Source of the DNA: Leptogorgia sarmentosa
Taxonomy: Eukaryota
Length of the DNA: 64,000 nt
Direction of reading: 5' to 3'
Assembly: GCA_964658305.1 (NCBI GenBank)
Contig: OZ210885.1
Location: forward strand, 20,894,001 to 20,958,000
This document shows positions 36,561 through 49,441 of this stretch, piece by piece. Both the position numbers and the translations under genes were made by a program. The notes beneath the pieces are model-generated. The model was not told the origin of the DNA, ran no database searches, and was given only the letters and a program-made list of their open reading frames with translations. How positions within the stretch are numbered: the first letter of the stretch is position 1; each line of letters starts with the position of its first letter.

Positions 36561-37017
36561 CAGGGTGTATAAAAAAATTTTTTACTTATGAAAAACATTC
36601 TCTAAACTAACGAGCGCTCAAAATTTCGAAAAACTTTCGGTTAGCATGGATAGTTTAACACCCTCTGTTATATCTAGCACTAAGTTTATTTTAAAAACAA
36701 ACTTTTTTAGAATGGGAAATGTGGTTACTGAAAGGCCCATTAAAAATGGCTTGCTCACAAAAAATAAGTTTTCTTCACACAATTTAATTTAAATCAAATA
36801 CCGTAAAAGAGCTTAGTTTTTGTGCGCAAGCCATTTTTAAAGTCACTTCCAACAACAAATTTCCTACTCTAAAAAAGATAGATTTTTAAAAAAACTCAGT
36901 GCTAGATGTACCAGAGGGTGGTAATCTACCTAGTTTAACTGAAGGTTTTCACAAATTTTATGCGCTCGTTAGTTTAGGGAATATTTCCCACATTAAACTT
37001 TTTCCTGATACACCCTG
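36561..37017. mobile_element. Tc1/mariner-type MITE
   Basis: TA|CAGGGTGTAT...ATACACCCTG|TA with long imperfect inverted arms. Same family as 48686-49334. Confidence 0.85.
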
Positions 37018-38319
37018 TATAACCAAGTCAGGAAAACGTTGCCAGTGGAATGTTCGCTATAAACATTAGAACTACAATTGTCTCGAACATTTTTATGTAA
37101 ATGGCACGGTTTAATCAAAGAATCTCCCTGTTGAACCAGAGCCTTCACAATTTTTGCATTTAGTATCGCTGAGCCACAGTGCGAAGCGCCGTCTGGGCGT
37201 TAGCCCGGGGCGAGGGTAACAATTCCGCATAGCGAAGTCCAAAGTTGCTCGATTTGGCCGCCATTTTGGGTCATTGTGCATCGTAGGTCATCACTGATCT
37301 CTAAAATATAGGGGACTAACATGAATAGCCGAAGCTTTTTAGAGCTTTCAAGGAGCTTCTTAAAGCTTTGGAAAGGGGAAAACAAAGACAAGACCTGTGC
37401 ATAAGACTTGAAAAGCCCTCTTAGATGATATAAAACGCTGAGAAATGGGACGAAACGACTATGGATTGAAACACAGGATAAGTTTGTCAATATATTGTCC
37501 GCAGTGAACTTTTGTTTTGCGTATATTTACTATAAAGGTCGCCGGCCGTAGCCGCGTTTAATCAATTCACAGCTCAATTCCAGAGTATAAGTTTATTTAG
37601 TTTCACAACATATTTACAAACTTTAATCAAAAGAACATGAGCGAACACTGGAGTCTGGCTGGAAATTGTTTCATATCAAAGACTGACTTGAATATTTAAA
37701 ACGTTGTATGCAAACAAATGTAGTATTTTGCACCAAATTCAAGTTTACATTAGTCCTAATAACGTACGGTTAACAAACCCTTTGTTGCATATTGGTTACA
37801 ATTGTAACCTTTATTCTCCCCCCCCCCCCCTGGCCTTCGCTGCATTATTCAAGAAACTACGTTCTATTGTTATATTTATTCCCTGGTACCCAGGCTTTAA
37901 TAATATGTATCCAGGAGGGGACCAGCTTCATTTAAATATTCAAAGATGGCGGCATCCACAAGCAGAAGGTGAGTTGTCTGTTTATCAACTTTGAGTAGCC
38001 TACTAAAGGACGTTTTTGTTATCTTTGCCATAATTTCAAAATATAATTGTTTTGTGACATTGCATAAGTTACTATGAAAGTAAAAAACATTGAAATAAAG
38101 CTAATATTTTCGAAATTTTAGTGATATGTATTTTGGTTACAATTGTGTCATCCGTGCATACAAGTCTCTGGCGTACAAAGTCATAATTGTTACTTTATAT
38201 GATCTAATATCAGTCAATTTAAATTCACAAACCGTATTTTCTAATGATTACATCTTTTAGAGTAGGAAATCTTTTATATATAATATGAATTTTTATAGAG
38301 CAGATTGTCCCATTCAAAG

Positions 38320-41300
38320 CAGGGTTGGATATAAGAACATTTTTTTAAAAAAAAATTTTCTTATTTCTTATATTAATATAAGAACGTTTTTTGCAATATA
38401 AGAACACTTTCCAAATCCTTGATGACGTAATATTATGTCATCATTCAAAATCTAAAAATGACGATTCAACTTTCACTTTACTTGATACCAAATGTATTAA
38501 TGTAACAATATACAATAACCAAAATAATTTTCGCCATATGGATTGTATAACAAGAATATTTAACAAAAATGGTAAATAATATAACATTAACTCATTAAGG
38601 CCTTAGATGTAGATGAAGGAGAACATCTCAGCATGGTTAATATTTAGTTCTAACCTCAACTTTTGTTTCTCAACATGATTAGTTCTAAATTTCTAATGTC
38701 AACTTTTGTTTATGCCTGCCTTTTTAGCTAGTTTAGTCTTGCATATCAACTTCCATTAATTCATCACCATCATCATCATCACTCATGTCATCAGCATGTT
38801 GGGAGATACCTTCCATCTGAATCGCATTGGTTTTGATATAAGCTAGCTTTTTCACCTTTTCTGGCGCAAGGCGATTGCAGAGTTTTGAATGGACAAAGCC
38901 AAATGTTGAAAAATTGCGCTCTGACGCTGCGGCTGATGCCGCCATCGAAAACACACGGAGCGCAAGTTCGTGCAACATTGGCCAATCAGTACCATCTGAT
39001 TTCCACCACTGCAATACAGACTGTGTATCGCCAATCATCTTGAAACGATACGTTTTTTCTTCCCTTTCATTGAGAGCATCGATTCGGAAAGACGTGTATT
39101 CTTTCGCCAACTGATCTTTCCTCTCTTGCTTGTACTTCTATCAGCCTGTGGGAAATTGAAAATAAAATCCTCAATCTCTTTGCGCAGGGTGCGAGACATT
39201 CGGTCTCCCAAATACCTTGGGTCAAGGACATAGGCTACTCCATGAGCGTCACCATACATAAACTCGAATCTCTTTCATACCAGATCCACGAGGTAGGTCT
39301 TCTTGACTTGATTTAGGTTTGGGATCGAATGCATCTTGTCTTCCAGATCCAGAAAAGCTTTGTAGACGTCCGAGCATGGTGCCGCATCACTTTGGAACAT
39401 CTTAATAAACATGTCAATAGGTTCGAGAATTCTGATGCATTCGTCAAGGTTATCAACAAAGTGTGGATCGGTGATAATCTCCTTGATCTCGGTGGGCTTC
39501 TCTCTTTGCTTCGCGTTGGCTTTAGTTACAAAATCGCGTTGGGATACTATCCCGTTTAAGATATTATCTGCCGCTCGTAACGATCGAAAACAACCGAGAA
39601 TCGTGCCCCAACCTGAATGGATAGTTGTTTCTTCACATCGTTTTTACCTTCTCGTAGCATTCCTGAAGAAGTCCGCCTTTGTTGTCATCAGCTAACTGCC
39701 TTCGCGTTGGTAGTTTTGCATTTGGTCGGGCCAATTGAATGGCCCGATGAAGATGGGGGTCTTCTACACGCACAAAACTGGTGCCAGTGCAATAAAAGTG
39801 CATGGCAATCTCGTTGTTGAATTTTTTTTGCTCAATAGCAGTGAAGTGGGGGATTGAAAACGATTTGATCGACTGCTGCAAGGTCGCATTTGGCATACCA
39901 TTTGTTTTTGAACTTGTGAGAGTAGTTATCTTCGACTTCTGGGATTTGTCTTGAATACCACTCTTCCACCAAATTGGGCGGTCACTTATGGCCATGTCCA
40001 GCATCACCTTCTTAAACTGTATGCATTTACGGAGGTGTCTCTCAATGCATATAGTTTTGTGGTGGTGACGAACGGATTGCTTGCAGTGCTTGCAGGTTGT
40101 ACTATTGGGCTTGTGGATGCTTTGGGCATCTGGCTCATCGAAAGCGTCGCTCCAGATTGGATGTTTGGGCTTTCCTACTTTTCGCACATCACGGGAAACC
40201 TCCTCTCCACCCTGAACTCTAGTACTATCATCCGGTTGTACGTCATCTTCTACAGAAACTTCACTACTACTCATGGCAACACTGTGAAGTCAGACTGTAA
40301 AAAATAGCATTTGATAGCCACTTTATTTTTACTATTATTTCCAGTTCTGTTTGTGCATCAATGTAGACTAAAATGTATGGAGCAATGTAACCATGCTAGT
40401 TGTGCCATGAATAATAAAATTTATTTTTTCAATTTTAATTTAGCTTTTTTTTCTGCTTAAAACTTATTTTTTGTTATCTTCTTCATATGAAGGATTCACT
40501 CTATATTTTCAACATTAGCTGGAATTTGTTCAGCTGTAATGAATTACCTAGTGATTTATAGTATAAACTATACAGAACAAAATTTGTATAAATCACATGT
40601 AATATTTTGGCTTTTTTAGGAGGATTGTAATAACTGTTTGGTATTTTTTGGTAGATTTCAAATTTGAAATTTTCAATGGACTCAATAGCATTTCTTAAAA
40701 TTCTTCTTAAACAAAGTTAAAGTGTTAAAGAAGATAATTTAAAATTGCAGGTAGAAAAATAAAGAATAGGTCTCCATGATTCAACAATTTTTACCTTTGG
40801 AAAATAAACATTTTCAGCTTTTTTCTATACTTTTACGAGTTTTTTAATCACAAAGAGGAACTTGAGCAATAATGCAGTAAATATAAATATATTTATTTAT
40901 GTACCTTTTAAAATTTTCTGTGATCTCTCTAGCTTTTCCCTTTCAAAACAGTAAACTAATTCACATTTTCCCCTTTTTTGTTTTTGACGGGAAATGTCAG
41001 GCACTCAGGCTGCCAGGCCCAGGGCGCTCAGGCAGCAACCTGCAAGCAGGTTGTATTATATTATAATTTATAATCGGTATAATCCGGATCGATAATTGCT
41101 TTCAAAATTATAGTTAAATGGGTACGTTCTTTGGTTTATAATGTTTATATGATATTGTTTATTATTGTTACATTAAATTGAGTATTTATGATTTTATGTT
41201 ATACAGTATTTGTAGTGCTTAGAGTAATACTTCAAACCTCAAAGTTAAATAAATAATGTGAAGTTATTGTGAAATGTGAATAATTAATAATATAAAAAAA

Positions 41301-41391
41301 TATAAGAACATTTTTGCTGCCCAAATTTTTTTTCTTATATAATATAAGAACAAATAAGAACAGACTAATATAAGAACATTTGCCAACCCTG
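38320..41391 (-). mobile_element. hAT transposon (internally deleted)
   Basis: TIR CAGGGTTGG / CCAACCCTG; 8-bp TSD ATTCAAAG/ATTCAAAA; subterminal ATAAGAAC motifs at both ends. Confidence 0.9.
38733..40274 (-). pseudogene. hAT transposase (BED finger plus dimerisation domain; central DDE part deleted or frameshifted)
   Basis: HPIW...CKHC...IERHLRKC; YVLDPRY; WW...LALRVFSMAASAAASERNFS. Confidence 0.88.
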
Positions 41392-42148
41392 ATTCAAAAG
41401 GCACCATTCACTAAAAGTATACATGAAAAAGAAACCGAAAAAGTGGGGATATAAGGTCTGGGGTCTTGCAGGTCAATCGGGATATGTACACAAGCTCTAC
41501 ATCAGTGGTGACAACTTGGTGCCAACAGATTTTAAGGATTTAGATCCTGCTATTGGAAAGAGTGGTGGTGTTGTGATTAACCTGGCTAACAACCTTCCCA
41601 GAGGTACTCACCTCTATTTCGATAATTATTTTGCTCGCCCAGAGCTTCTACTTGAGCTGAAAAAGCGAGGGTATCATGCCACATGCACACTTCGTTCAAA
41701 CAGACGTGCAAATTGCCCATTGAAGAACGAAAAGCAGCTCAAAAAAGAGGGTAGAGGGTCATTTGATTATAGGTCAAGTGAAGGGGTAGTTCATGGTTTG
41801 ACAACAGAGTGGTCAATGTTGTGTCAAACAAATGCGCTGTACTACCACCTCATCCCGTAAAACGGTACAGTTCACAGAAGAAGAAACACATTGAGCTCCA
41901 GTGTCCAGCCCTTGTAAAAGCATACAACGAAAGTATGGGTGGTGTGGATCGCTGTGACATGATGCTTTCTTTCTACAGAATTACAATGAAAAGCAGGAAA
42001 TGGCACGAAAGATTACTACCTTATTGATCTGTGTTGTATAAATGCCTGGAAAGTCCACAAGAATGTTGAAGGAATTAGCAAATTGTACAAGTTCAAGCTT
42101 GCAGTGGCTAGATCCCTTGTCCAAGGAACCATTAATCCTCAACCAGTG
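41392..42148 (+). pseudogene. piggyBac transposase fragment (DDD core)
   Basis: KPKKWGYK, YFDNYF, MGGVDRCD motifs, with frameshifts. Confidence 0.88.
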
Positions 42149-42257
42149 AAATGCTTTATTTGCTTCCCAGAAAGGAGAGATTTTAAGAATTATATACAAA
42201 GAATAACTAACTAATTACTACTGTATAATTTACAAAAAAGGAAAACAAAACAAACCA

Positions 42258-45200
42258 TTATTGGAACATTATCAAATTAGACACCTCAATACTTCGGTGC
42301 ACGAAATAGGCAGCGTGAATTCTAAAATCGTCCAGAAGATTAGCTTCTAAGTAAATATTTTGTCCTAAGAGTACATCAAGAAAGTCATCGTCGTCAAATT
42401 GACTAATAAGTCCGCAAAAATCCAATGGCATATTATCAAATGTCCATTGCCAAAAGTTTTTTCTTGATTGGCAGCTCACATTGCATCTTAACACGGCATG
42501 AATTACAGGATCTCCGCATATAATGCCACAGTCATAACATTCATATGGTGCTGGGCAAACATTAATTCTGCGTCCGTTAACCACGAATGAGTTCGATAAC
42601 AGCCTTAGTATTGTCATCACACACGTTCTGATAAGCGGTTGTTGCCTAAGTAAGAAGTACCAAGAAGAGGCGCATAACTCTCCATGCACGCGCAGATATC
42701 GATCCATCCCCCTTGAAGCAAGTCTTTCTTTCCACGTGTCCTCCTCGGTAGCTTGGATGGCGTTGAGTACAAGTCTTTTCCATTGGGCATAAGTCGGAAA
42801 CGCGCCATCATCGAGAAAATTTTCAATGTATGGGCACAAACTATGTTTGAGCACGATCCTCATCACATCAGCTACAACACCAGTCGAGATTTTCCTCCTA
42901 TACCGGGTGGCGCAAAAAAAAGTATAACTGTTTGATTACTTATAACTCAAAAACCATACGCGGTAGTACCCTCAATGGAGTTTCATTGCATCCAGCGATG
43001 TCTAACTTAAAATTTGGTCTATTCGACAGGCATTTTCGTCCAAGATTGACTGAGATATGAGAGTTTAAACTTTTGTTAACAATTTTGAAACCTTCACAAA
43101 TTAGCTAAAAACGACCTATTAAACTGATTTTATAACCGGGTCACTATTTTATCATAAGCAGTGTTTTAACAAACGTAGTTGAAGTGCAAATTTCATCTTC
43201 CTTGTAACAGAGATGCTTTCTCGTTTTTGTTTGCTGTTCGGCAACACAAAAATTAAGCTACAAGGCAAGGTTGATTAAAAGTTTTCTTCTAAATTTTAAT
43301 TCGACGTCCAAAGGGAAGCTGAATTCTAAAATGCGAATGTCGCCTCGTATGCTTCTAAGTAATAATTATGCCTCGTTTAACGAAGGACCAAAGAGTTGGC
43401 AAGACGCTGCATTCATGCTTGGGGACATGCATTTCCTAACGAATAGACGTTTGTTTTACACGATCCGGAACACGGTACATCTCTTTATATGTCGTCAATG
43501 CTGTATTAATATTTAATAGGCCGTTTTTAGCTAATTTGTGAAGGTTTCAAAATTGTTAGCAAAAGTTTAAACTCTCATATCTCAGACAATCTTGGACGAA
43601 AATGCCTGTCGAATATACCAAAATTTAAGTTAGACATCGCTGGATGCAATGAAACTCCATTTAGGGTTCTACCGCGTATGGTTTTTGAGTTATAAGTAAT
43701 CAAACAGTTATACATTTTTTTGCGCCACCGGTACTTCCAACAAACAATTCGTATCATTAACAACTTTCTCTGGGCAAAATCCTGTGACGAATTGATAATG
43801 CGTCCCAAAAATTCCAACTTCTTTTTCTCTATTACTCCCTCTACAGTCCACAAACCCAAAAAAACCCTTGCAGCCGAGCCAGACGTACCCGGTAAAAAAC
43901 CTTCAGTGACACGTAGAAATACATTTTGACATTTTTCCAGCATCACACACTTGGCTTTGTTAAGTAGCCACAATTCACATCCATACAGCATTTTAGGTAG
44001 CACAACCCTCTTCCACAATTTTGTAGCTGTCAGGGGATTAATTCCGCCAGATCTGCACCCTAAGGTTGCAAGTTTTACTCCCATTGCATAACCTTCCCTT
44101 ACCGCGCTCTCAATTGGCTTCATATCGTTGGCTTTAACATGCCATATTTTTCCTAAATTTTTCCAGACATCTTTTTCATCTAACTGGAGATTTCCTAGAA
44201 ACCACTTTCGTGATATTATGTTTATGTGTCTATCGACAGTTATCTCCCCAAAAACCATTGTGACGGTTTTAGTCTGATTAAACTTTATTCGCCAAGTTAG
44301 TCCGTAATTAAATAATGTATCCAGCATTTGTCCAAACCATATTTGGATCGTGAAATCATTGTAAGATCGTCTGCATACATGGGCGAGCCATAGTGTACTC
44401 CAGACACAAGTACCCCAACTTGGGCTGCATGCAAGATTGTTATCAGATCATTAACGGAAACAATAAACAGCCATGGCGATAGAATACCCCCTTGACGCGT
44501 ACCTTGAAGAACATCATAACATCTAGAATAACAGTTGCCAATCCGTACCATTTCCTTAATCCCAGTATACCATTGCTGCATGAGCTTCAGACATTTCCCT
44601 TTAATACCCGCATTGTGATAGAGTTTGTACAGCATTCCATTTATCCAAAGATTATCAAAAGCTTTCTTAATATCCACGTAACACATGTAGACTTTATCTC
44701 CCTCCTCACAACAATGTTTGATAGTTTCATCGATAACAAATGCTGTGGTCAGAGCATCATGTCCACTCCGGTAAGCACCTTGTAATGGGTGTAAACAACA
44801 AGATGACTTCTTATTTATTATCGTAAGGACTAATCGCTTCAGAATTTTGTTGAAAGATGTTAACAAGCTGATTCCCCGGTGGTCATTGAATGTACAGGCA
44901 AAACCCTTCCCACTTTTAGGTATTGGAATTTTAACTGCTAGCTTAAAAGATGATGGAATGTATTCAACTTTTATAATGCTGTTAAACAGTTGAACTAGAT
45001 ACATTAGCAAAATATGCTGTCCAAGTTTAATATGCTCATAGAAGACCCCATCGTGGCCAGGAGCCTTTCCATTAGGAAGTCTACTTATTATATCTCCTAA
45101 TTCTTTTGGTGTGACAGCCTCATCTAGAATCTCATCAAATAGTACTTTTTGCTCAGTTACGCGTTTGACTTCCCTGTCCACTTCGTGTTTAAATTGTTCA

Positions 45201-46470
45201 TCAAATCTAGTAGTAAGTGTGAAAAGAGCTTCGAAATAATCGGCCCATAAATTTGCCAGGATGTTCGGGTCAGATATAGTTTCCCCATCACAGGTTAGGT
45301 TTGAAATTAGTTTGCGTTTGTTTCCATGTTCTCTGCTGACATATCGCCAAAATTTAACATGATCAATTTTGCTAGCGTTACTAATTTTGTCAAATTCTTG
45401 TTGTTATGTTCTTTGTGCTGCATTTCTAATTTCCTTTCTGAAAGCGTACTTAGCTTTCTTATAGTCTGCATAGCTAACATGCTGCATTCCCCTTGGACGT
45501 CCTTCACATGTCCACTCCTTGAATTTTTGTCGTGAAATTTTCTTCAGATGGTTTAATTTTCTTATTGTAGACCACGTGTGGAAACGCCTGCCCTGCTTGA
45601 CAAATTGCTTTGCATAGCAATGATACTTAGGCGTCAATTTCATCCGGTGTTTCAAAAAGTGTTTGAGGAGAAAATTCACTAGGCAGTAAATTTGCTAGGT
45701 TACCATTATACATCTCAATGTGATTGGTTGTACACTTTGACCATGCAATTTGCTGCTTGAAACACGGTAACAGTATTTCATTCATCTCATCAAGTTCCAA
45801 ATGCAAAAAAACAGGCAAGTGAAACGCAGTGTTATCTGGGGTCTCATCCATGATTTCTACGTGGTTAATACAGGGAGTCAAGTGCTTTTCGATAACAATG
45901 TAATCAATCATGCTGACACCGCAGCTAGATATATACGTATTCGTTTGTCCAACACAAGAAGCTTCTGTGTTGACTGCACATAGGTTCAATTTCGTAAGCA
46001 TAGCAAACAATAACTTTCCCCTCGCGTTTAAGGTTTGAGTAGAACGGTACACTTTTAAATGTAAATGTAATGTAAAGTCACCCATAATAATAACAGTTGC
46101 CCATTTGCTTTCTGTTCATAATAAAATTGCTCAACCTCTTCTAAGGTTTTCCTAAATTCTGACAATGATCTGTTACTTGAGGGAAAATAGACAGAACATA
46201 TAACCAAATGCACTGTACCTTTGAGTTTGATAGCTACAAGTCTGTCACTGCCTCCTTGTAATGGTTGACACGATAAATTTCTTCTCCATAAGATCGCAAC
46301 ACCACCTTGACCCCTTCTCCAGCGAAAATTCAAGTCATTTAACATGCTGCTACGTGCAAAACATCTAAAATCTCCATCCAAAGAATCTAAAAACAACAAT
46401 CACGATATAGCCAGTGCTCCGAGATGGCAAGAATGTCAGACATTTGCAATAATTTTTTCATATAACTATA
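42258..46470 (-). pseudogene. LINE ORF2 (APE endonuclease-RT) with frameshifts and a MITE insertion
   Basis: Fragments 46399-46055, 46085-45627, 45679-45404, 45181-44297, 44327-43732, 42900-42258. Confidence 0.88.
42903..43731. mobile_element. Tc1/mariner-type MITE with ~220-bp TIRs
   Basis: TA|CCGGGTGGCGCAAAAAAAAGTATAACTGTTTGATTAC... is mirrored by ...GTAATCAAACAGTTATAC..TTTTGCGCCACCGG|TA; arms at ~42903-43122 and ~43512-43731. Confidence 0.9.
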
Positions 46471-46513
46471 ACTGCTGTAGACTCCACCACAGTTCTAACT
46501 TTTTCACGGCCAA

Positions 46514-47875
46514 TCATTTTGTATCAGATTTCTCTTTCTCCAGATTATCTTGCCATTTCGCTTGCGATACCCACGGTCTGGCACGTACGTGTTCAGGCCA
46601 GAACGTTGATACTATAACTGTATCAAAATCTTCGACATAAACATTTACTTGAGCTGATGTTGTGCCTTTTCGCTTGCTCTTCATTAAACGAACAAAGGTT
46701 GGTTCAATACCTCTATCTTTCATGTATTGTATTATTTTCTCAGTCGTTACACCCTCTTTAATTCCTCCAATAAATATGCGCTTAACTGCTTTTCTCTGTA
46801 CACCGACAAATTCTATGTTGTTATCCGAGCTATTTGCATGATCAGTCCCCTTAATCTCTCTTTCCAAGTTCTGCATAGAATGCTCACTCGGCTCGATACA
46901 CTCGTTATTATCATCTACATTTATTATGTCATACGATGCCTGAGTTTGCTTGGAACTAGCTTTATCATTATTACTCACATACGTGTTTGAATTCTCATTA
47001 GTTACTTGCCTTGAGTTAATCACCTCAGCTGCAATTCCCACAGGAGACACATTTTTGTCCTGTTTTGTGTGCCCTTTATGCAAATTTTCCCCGTTTATAC
47101 TTTGATCGGAGGTTTTAGTCAATTTTACAAGCCTTTGTTCAACGTTTTGTATTTTGCCTTTAGCAAGACCAAGTTCAAAACCGAGTTCTTTCACATTTTC
47201 TGTTGCACGTTCATTATTTACTTTGCAACGGGTTTTCAGAGAAGCTATCTCAGCTTCCAGCGATTCAATTTTCGTGTCCCTCAATTTTAAACCGTTTCGT
47301 AGCTCTTCGATCTCGCTCTTCATTACACTCATTGAAGCAGAACATTCTGCTGTAAACGCTGTAAACTTCGATTCCAGTTTTTCTAAGCAGCTTGATAGGT
47401 CTACCTGCTCAACCTCAGTAGCTGCAACGAAGCTATTGCTCTTCCCGGCCACAGTTGATTCACTTGTTTTAACAAATAACTCATTCAATTGTTGATTTTT
47501 TCCCCCGGATTTCCAATATCGAATAAGTTCAAGAATGTCTGCTGCAAGTTTGACTTCAAATTTAGGACCAGACTGTCTGGGCAGTCTACGAACAAGCCGG
47601 CCCTTTGGGCATTCTATCCTTTCTTCACGGCATAGATTAGCCGCATAGTCCCGTAAATTACTTAGACGTTTTATGCTATAACTCTTTGACAAATTATTTG
47701 CCAATATCTCGCCAGATGTTGTAGCCAACTTCGTCGCTAGTTCCTCGCAGATTTCATGTTCTGTAGCATTAACATTAGTTTCCCGAGAAACACTTACGTC
47801 AAGCACATCGCTAACACAAGATACGTGATTAGATTCTGTCATTTTTGACAACGAATCTGCTAAAACACGGCTCAT
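46514..47875 (-). CDS. LINE ORF1 (coiled coil plus C-terminal RRM-like domain)
   Basis: 453-aa open ORF with a heptad-rich segment and a RIFIGGI...FWPEHVRARPW terminus typical of LINE ORF1. Confidence 0.8.
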   Translation of the reverse strand: MSRVLADSLSKMTESNHVSCVSDVLDVSVSRETNVNATEHEICEELATKLATTSGEILANNLSKSYSIKRLSNLRDYAANLCREERIECPKGRLVRRLPRQSGPKFEVKLAADILELIRYWKSGGKNQQLNELFVKTSESTVAGKSNSFVAATEVEQVDLSSCLEKLESKFTAFTAECSASMSVMKSEIEELRNGLKLRDTKIESLEAEIASLKTRCKVNNERATENVKELGFELGLAKGKIQNVEQRLVKLTKTSDQSINGENLHKGHTKQDKNVSPVGIAAEVINSRQVTNENSNTYVSNNDKASSKQTQASYDIINVDDNNECIEPSEHSMQNLEREIKGTDHANSSDNNIEFVGVQRKAVKRIFIGGIKEGVTTEKIIQYMKDRGIEPTFVRLMKSKRKGTTSAQVNVYVEDFDTVIVSTFWPEHVRARPWVSQAKWQDNLEKEKSDTK

Positions 47876-48685
47876 ATTTCTTGTTACTGTGGAGCCACAA
47901 GTTTCATGACTGTCCGCGGTGTGGATCGCTGTGACATGATGCTTTCTTTCTACAGAATTACAATGAAAAGCAGGAAATGGTACAAAAGATTACTATTTCA
48001 CCTTATTGATCTGTGTTGTATAAATGCCTGGACAGTCCACAAGAATGTTGAAGGAATTAGCAAATTGTACAAGTTCAAGCTTGCAGTGGCTAGATCCCTT
48101 GTCCAAGGAACCATTAATCCTCAACCAGTGCAACAACCAGTGCAAAGAGTTGAAGTGCAGAAAGAAGTTGGCAGTGCAAGACATGTCCAAGATGATATCC
48201 GTCTGGATGGTGTAGGCCATTTACCAAGGCGCATGGCAGACATACCAAAAAGATGCAAATATCCTGACTGTGGCCGGCGCACAAAGTTTGAAGTATGAAT
48301 CTTCATGTCGTCGCCGGGACGTTAACAGCAGGACATGTGCAATTGCCATGCACAGTAACGCTCATTCCAGTCCAAACATTCCAGTCCAAACAGAGAGCTG
48401 ACGTCGCTGTCGTCGTGAAAATTTCATCTGCTTAAGTTCGCTATTATTTATGACCGGGGGTGGGCTGGAAAAAAAGTCAATTAACAACTAAACAAACCTG
48501 TCCCCCCTTGAACACCAAAAAATAAATGACCCCCCCATGAATTCTGAAAAATAGCAACCTCCCCAAACTCCCCCCCCCCCCCCCACCACCACCAACACTG
48601 ATGTATACATAGATACATTACCAGGCTTCAGATCTACATTTACTCATGCTTTTACTGTCGATCAGTAAAATCGTCACAATGGGTT

Positions 48686-49334
48686 GGTGTATCAGAAAAA
48701 AAGTTTACTGTGGGAAATATTCCCTAAACTAACAAGCGCACGAAATTTGTGAAAACTTTCAGTTAAACTAGGTAGATTACCACCCTCTGGTACATCTAGG
48801 ACTGAGTTTATTTAAAAATCTATCTTTTTTTAGATTAGGAAATTTGTTGTGGGAAGGCACTTTAAAAATTACTTGTGTGCAAAAACTAAGCTGTTTTAAT
48901 GGTATTTGATTTAAATGAAGTCAAAATATGGAGCATGTTGTACAAGTTATTAATGTTGTGTGAAATTTGGTACCCACAGGGTCAACAGAGACTCGAAACA
49001 TTGTCCAAAAACTGGATTTTACGTTGTTTCCTGTGTGATTACCGATTACTTTATGCATAATTGGATATTTGCATTAATTACCAATGCAAATTGCAAGGTC
49101 CGTAATTACAGCGTGCACCAAATCTCTCAAAACTTTACTGTGCAAGCCGTTTTTAATGGGCCTTTCAGTAACCACATTTCCCATTCTAAAAAAGTTTGTT
49201 TTTGAAATAAACTAGTGCTAGATATACCCGATTGTGTTAAACTACCCATGCTAACCAAAAGTTTTTGGAAATTTTGAGCGCTCATTAGTTTAGAGAATGT
49301 TTTTTGTCAGTAAACTTTTTTTTTATACACCCTG
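48686..49334. mobile_element. Second copy of the 36561-37017 MITE, inverted, with a ~220-bp internal extra segment
   Basis: 48686-48916 and 49140-49334 match the reverse complement of 36561-37017; ends ATACACCCTG|TA. Confidence 0.8.
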
Positions 49335-49441
49335 TATAAGCATAGCATACTACCTGTTTGATATATACTGTTTACTATTTATACCATGATATATGTACTA
49401 TTTCAAAGTTGCAAATAGTATACTTTTTTCATTATTTTTAT

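Larger units (their letters stand above)
42149..47917 (-). mobile_element. Near full-length non-LTR retrotransposon (RTE/RTEX-like), ORF1 + ORF2
   Basis: ORF1 at 47875-46514. ORF2 has an endonuclease (GQGGVAILW, SVYFPS, MGDF, IDYI), an RT (KAPGHDG, DIKKAFD, QGTRQGGILSP, YADD) and a C-terminal C..C...H...C. Flanked by a ~210-bp duplication of piggyBac sequence. Clade assignment is tentative. Confidence 0.85.
37777..48297 (+). mobile_element. piggyBac transposon remnant, interrupted by a hAT and a LINE
   Basis: Transposase pieces: EQIVPFK (38298-38319), continuing after the hAT as HHSLKVYMKKKPKKWGYK, LYFDNYF, YNESMGGVDRCD, and a truncated Cys-rich tail KRCKYPDC (to 48297). The left end (CCCTTTG at ~37778) is tentative and the right end is missing. 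Confidence 0.8.
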
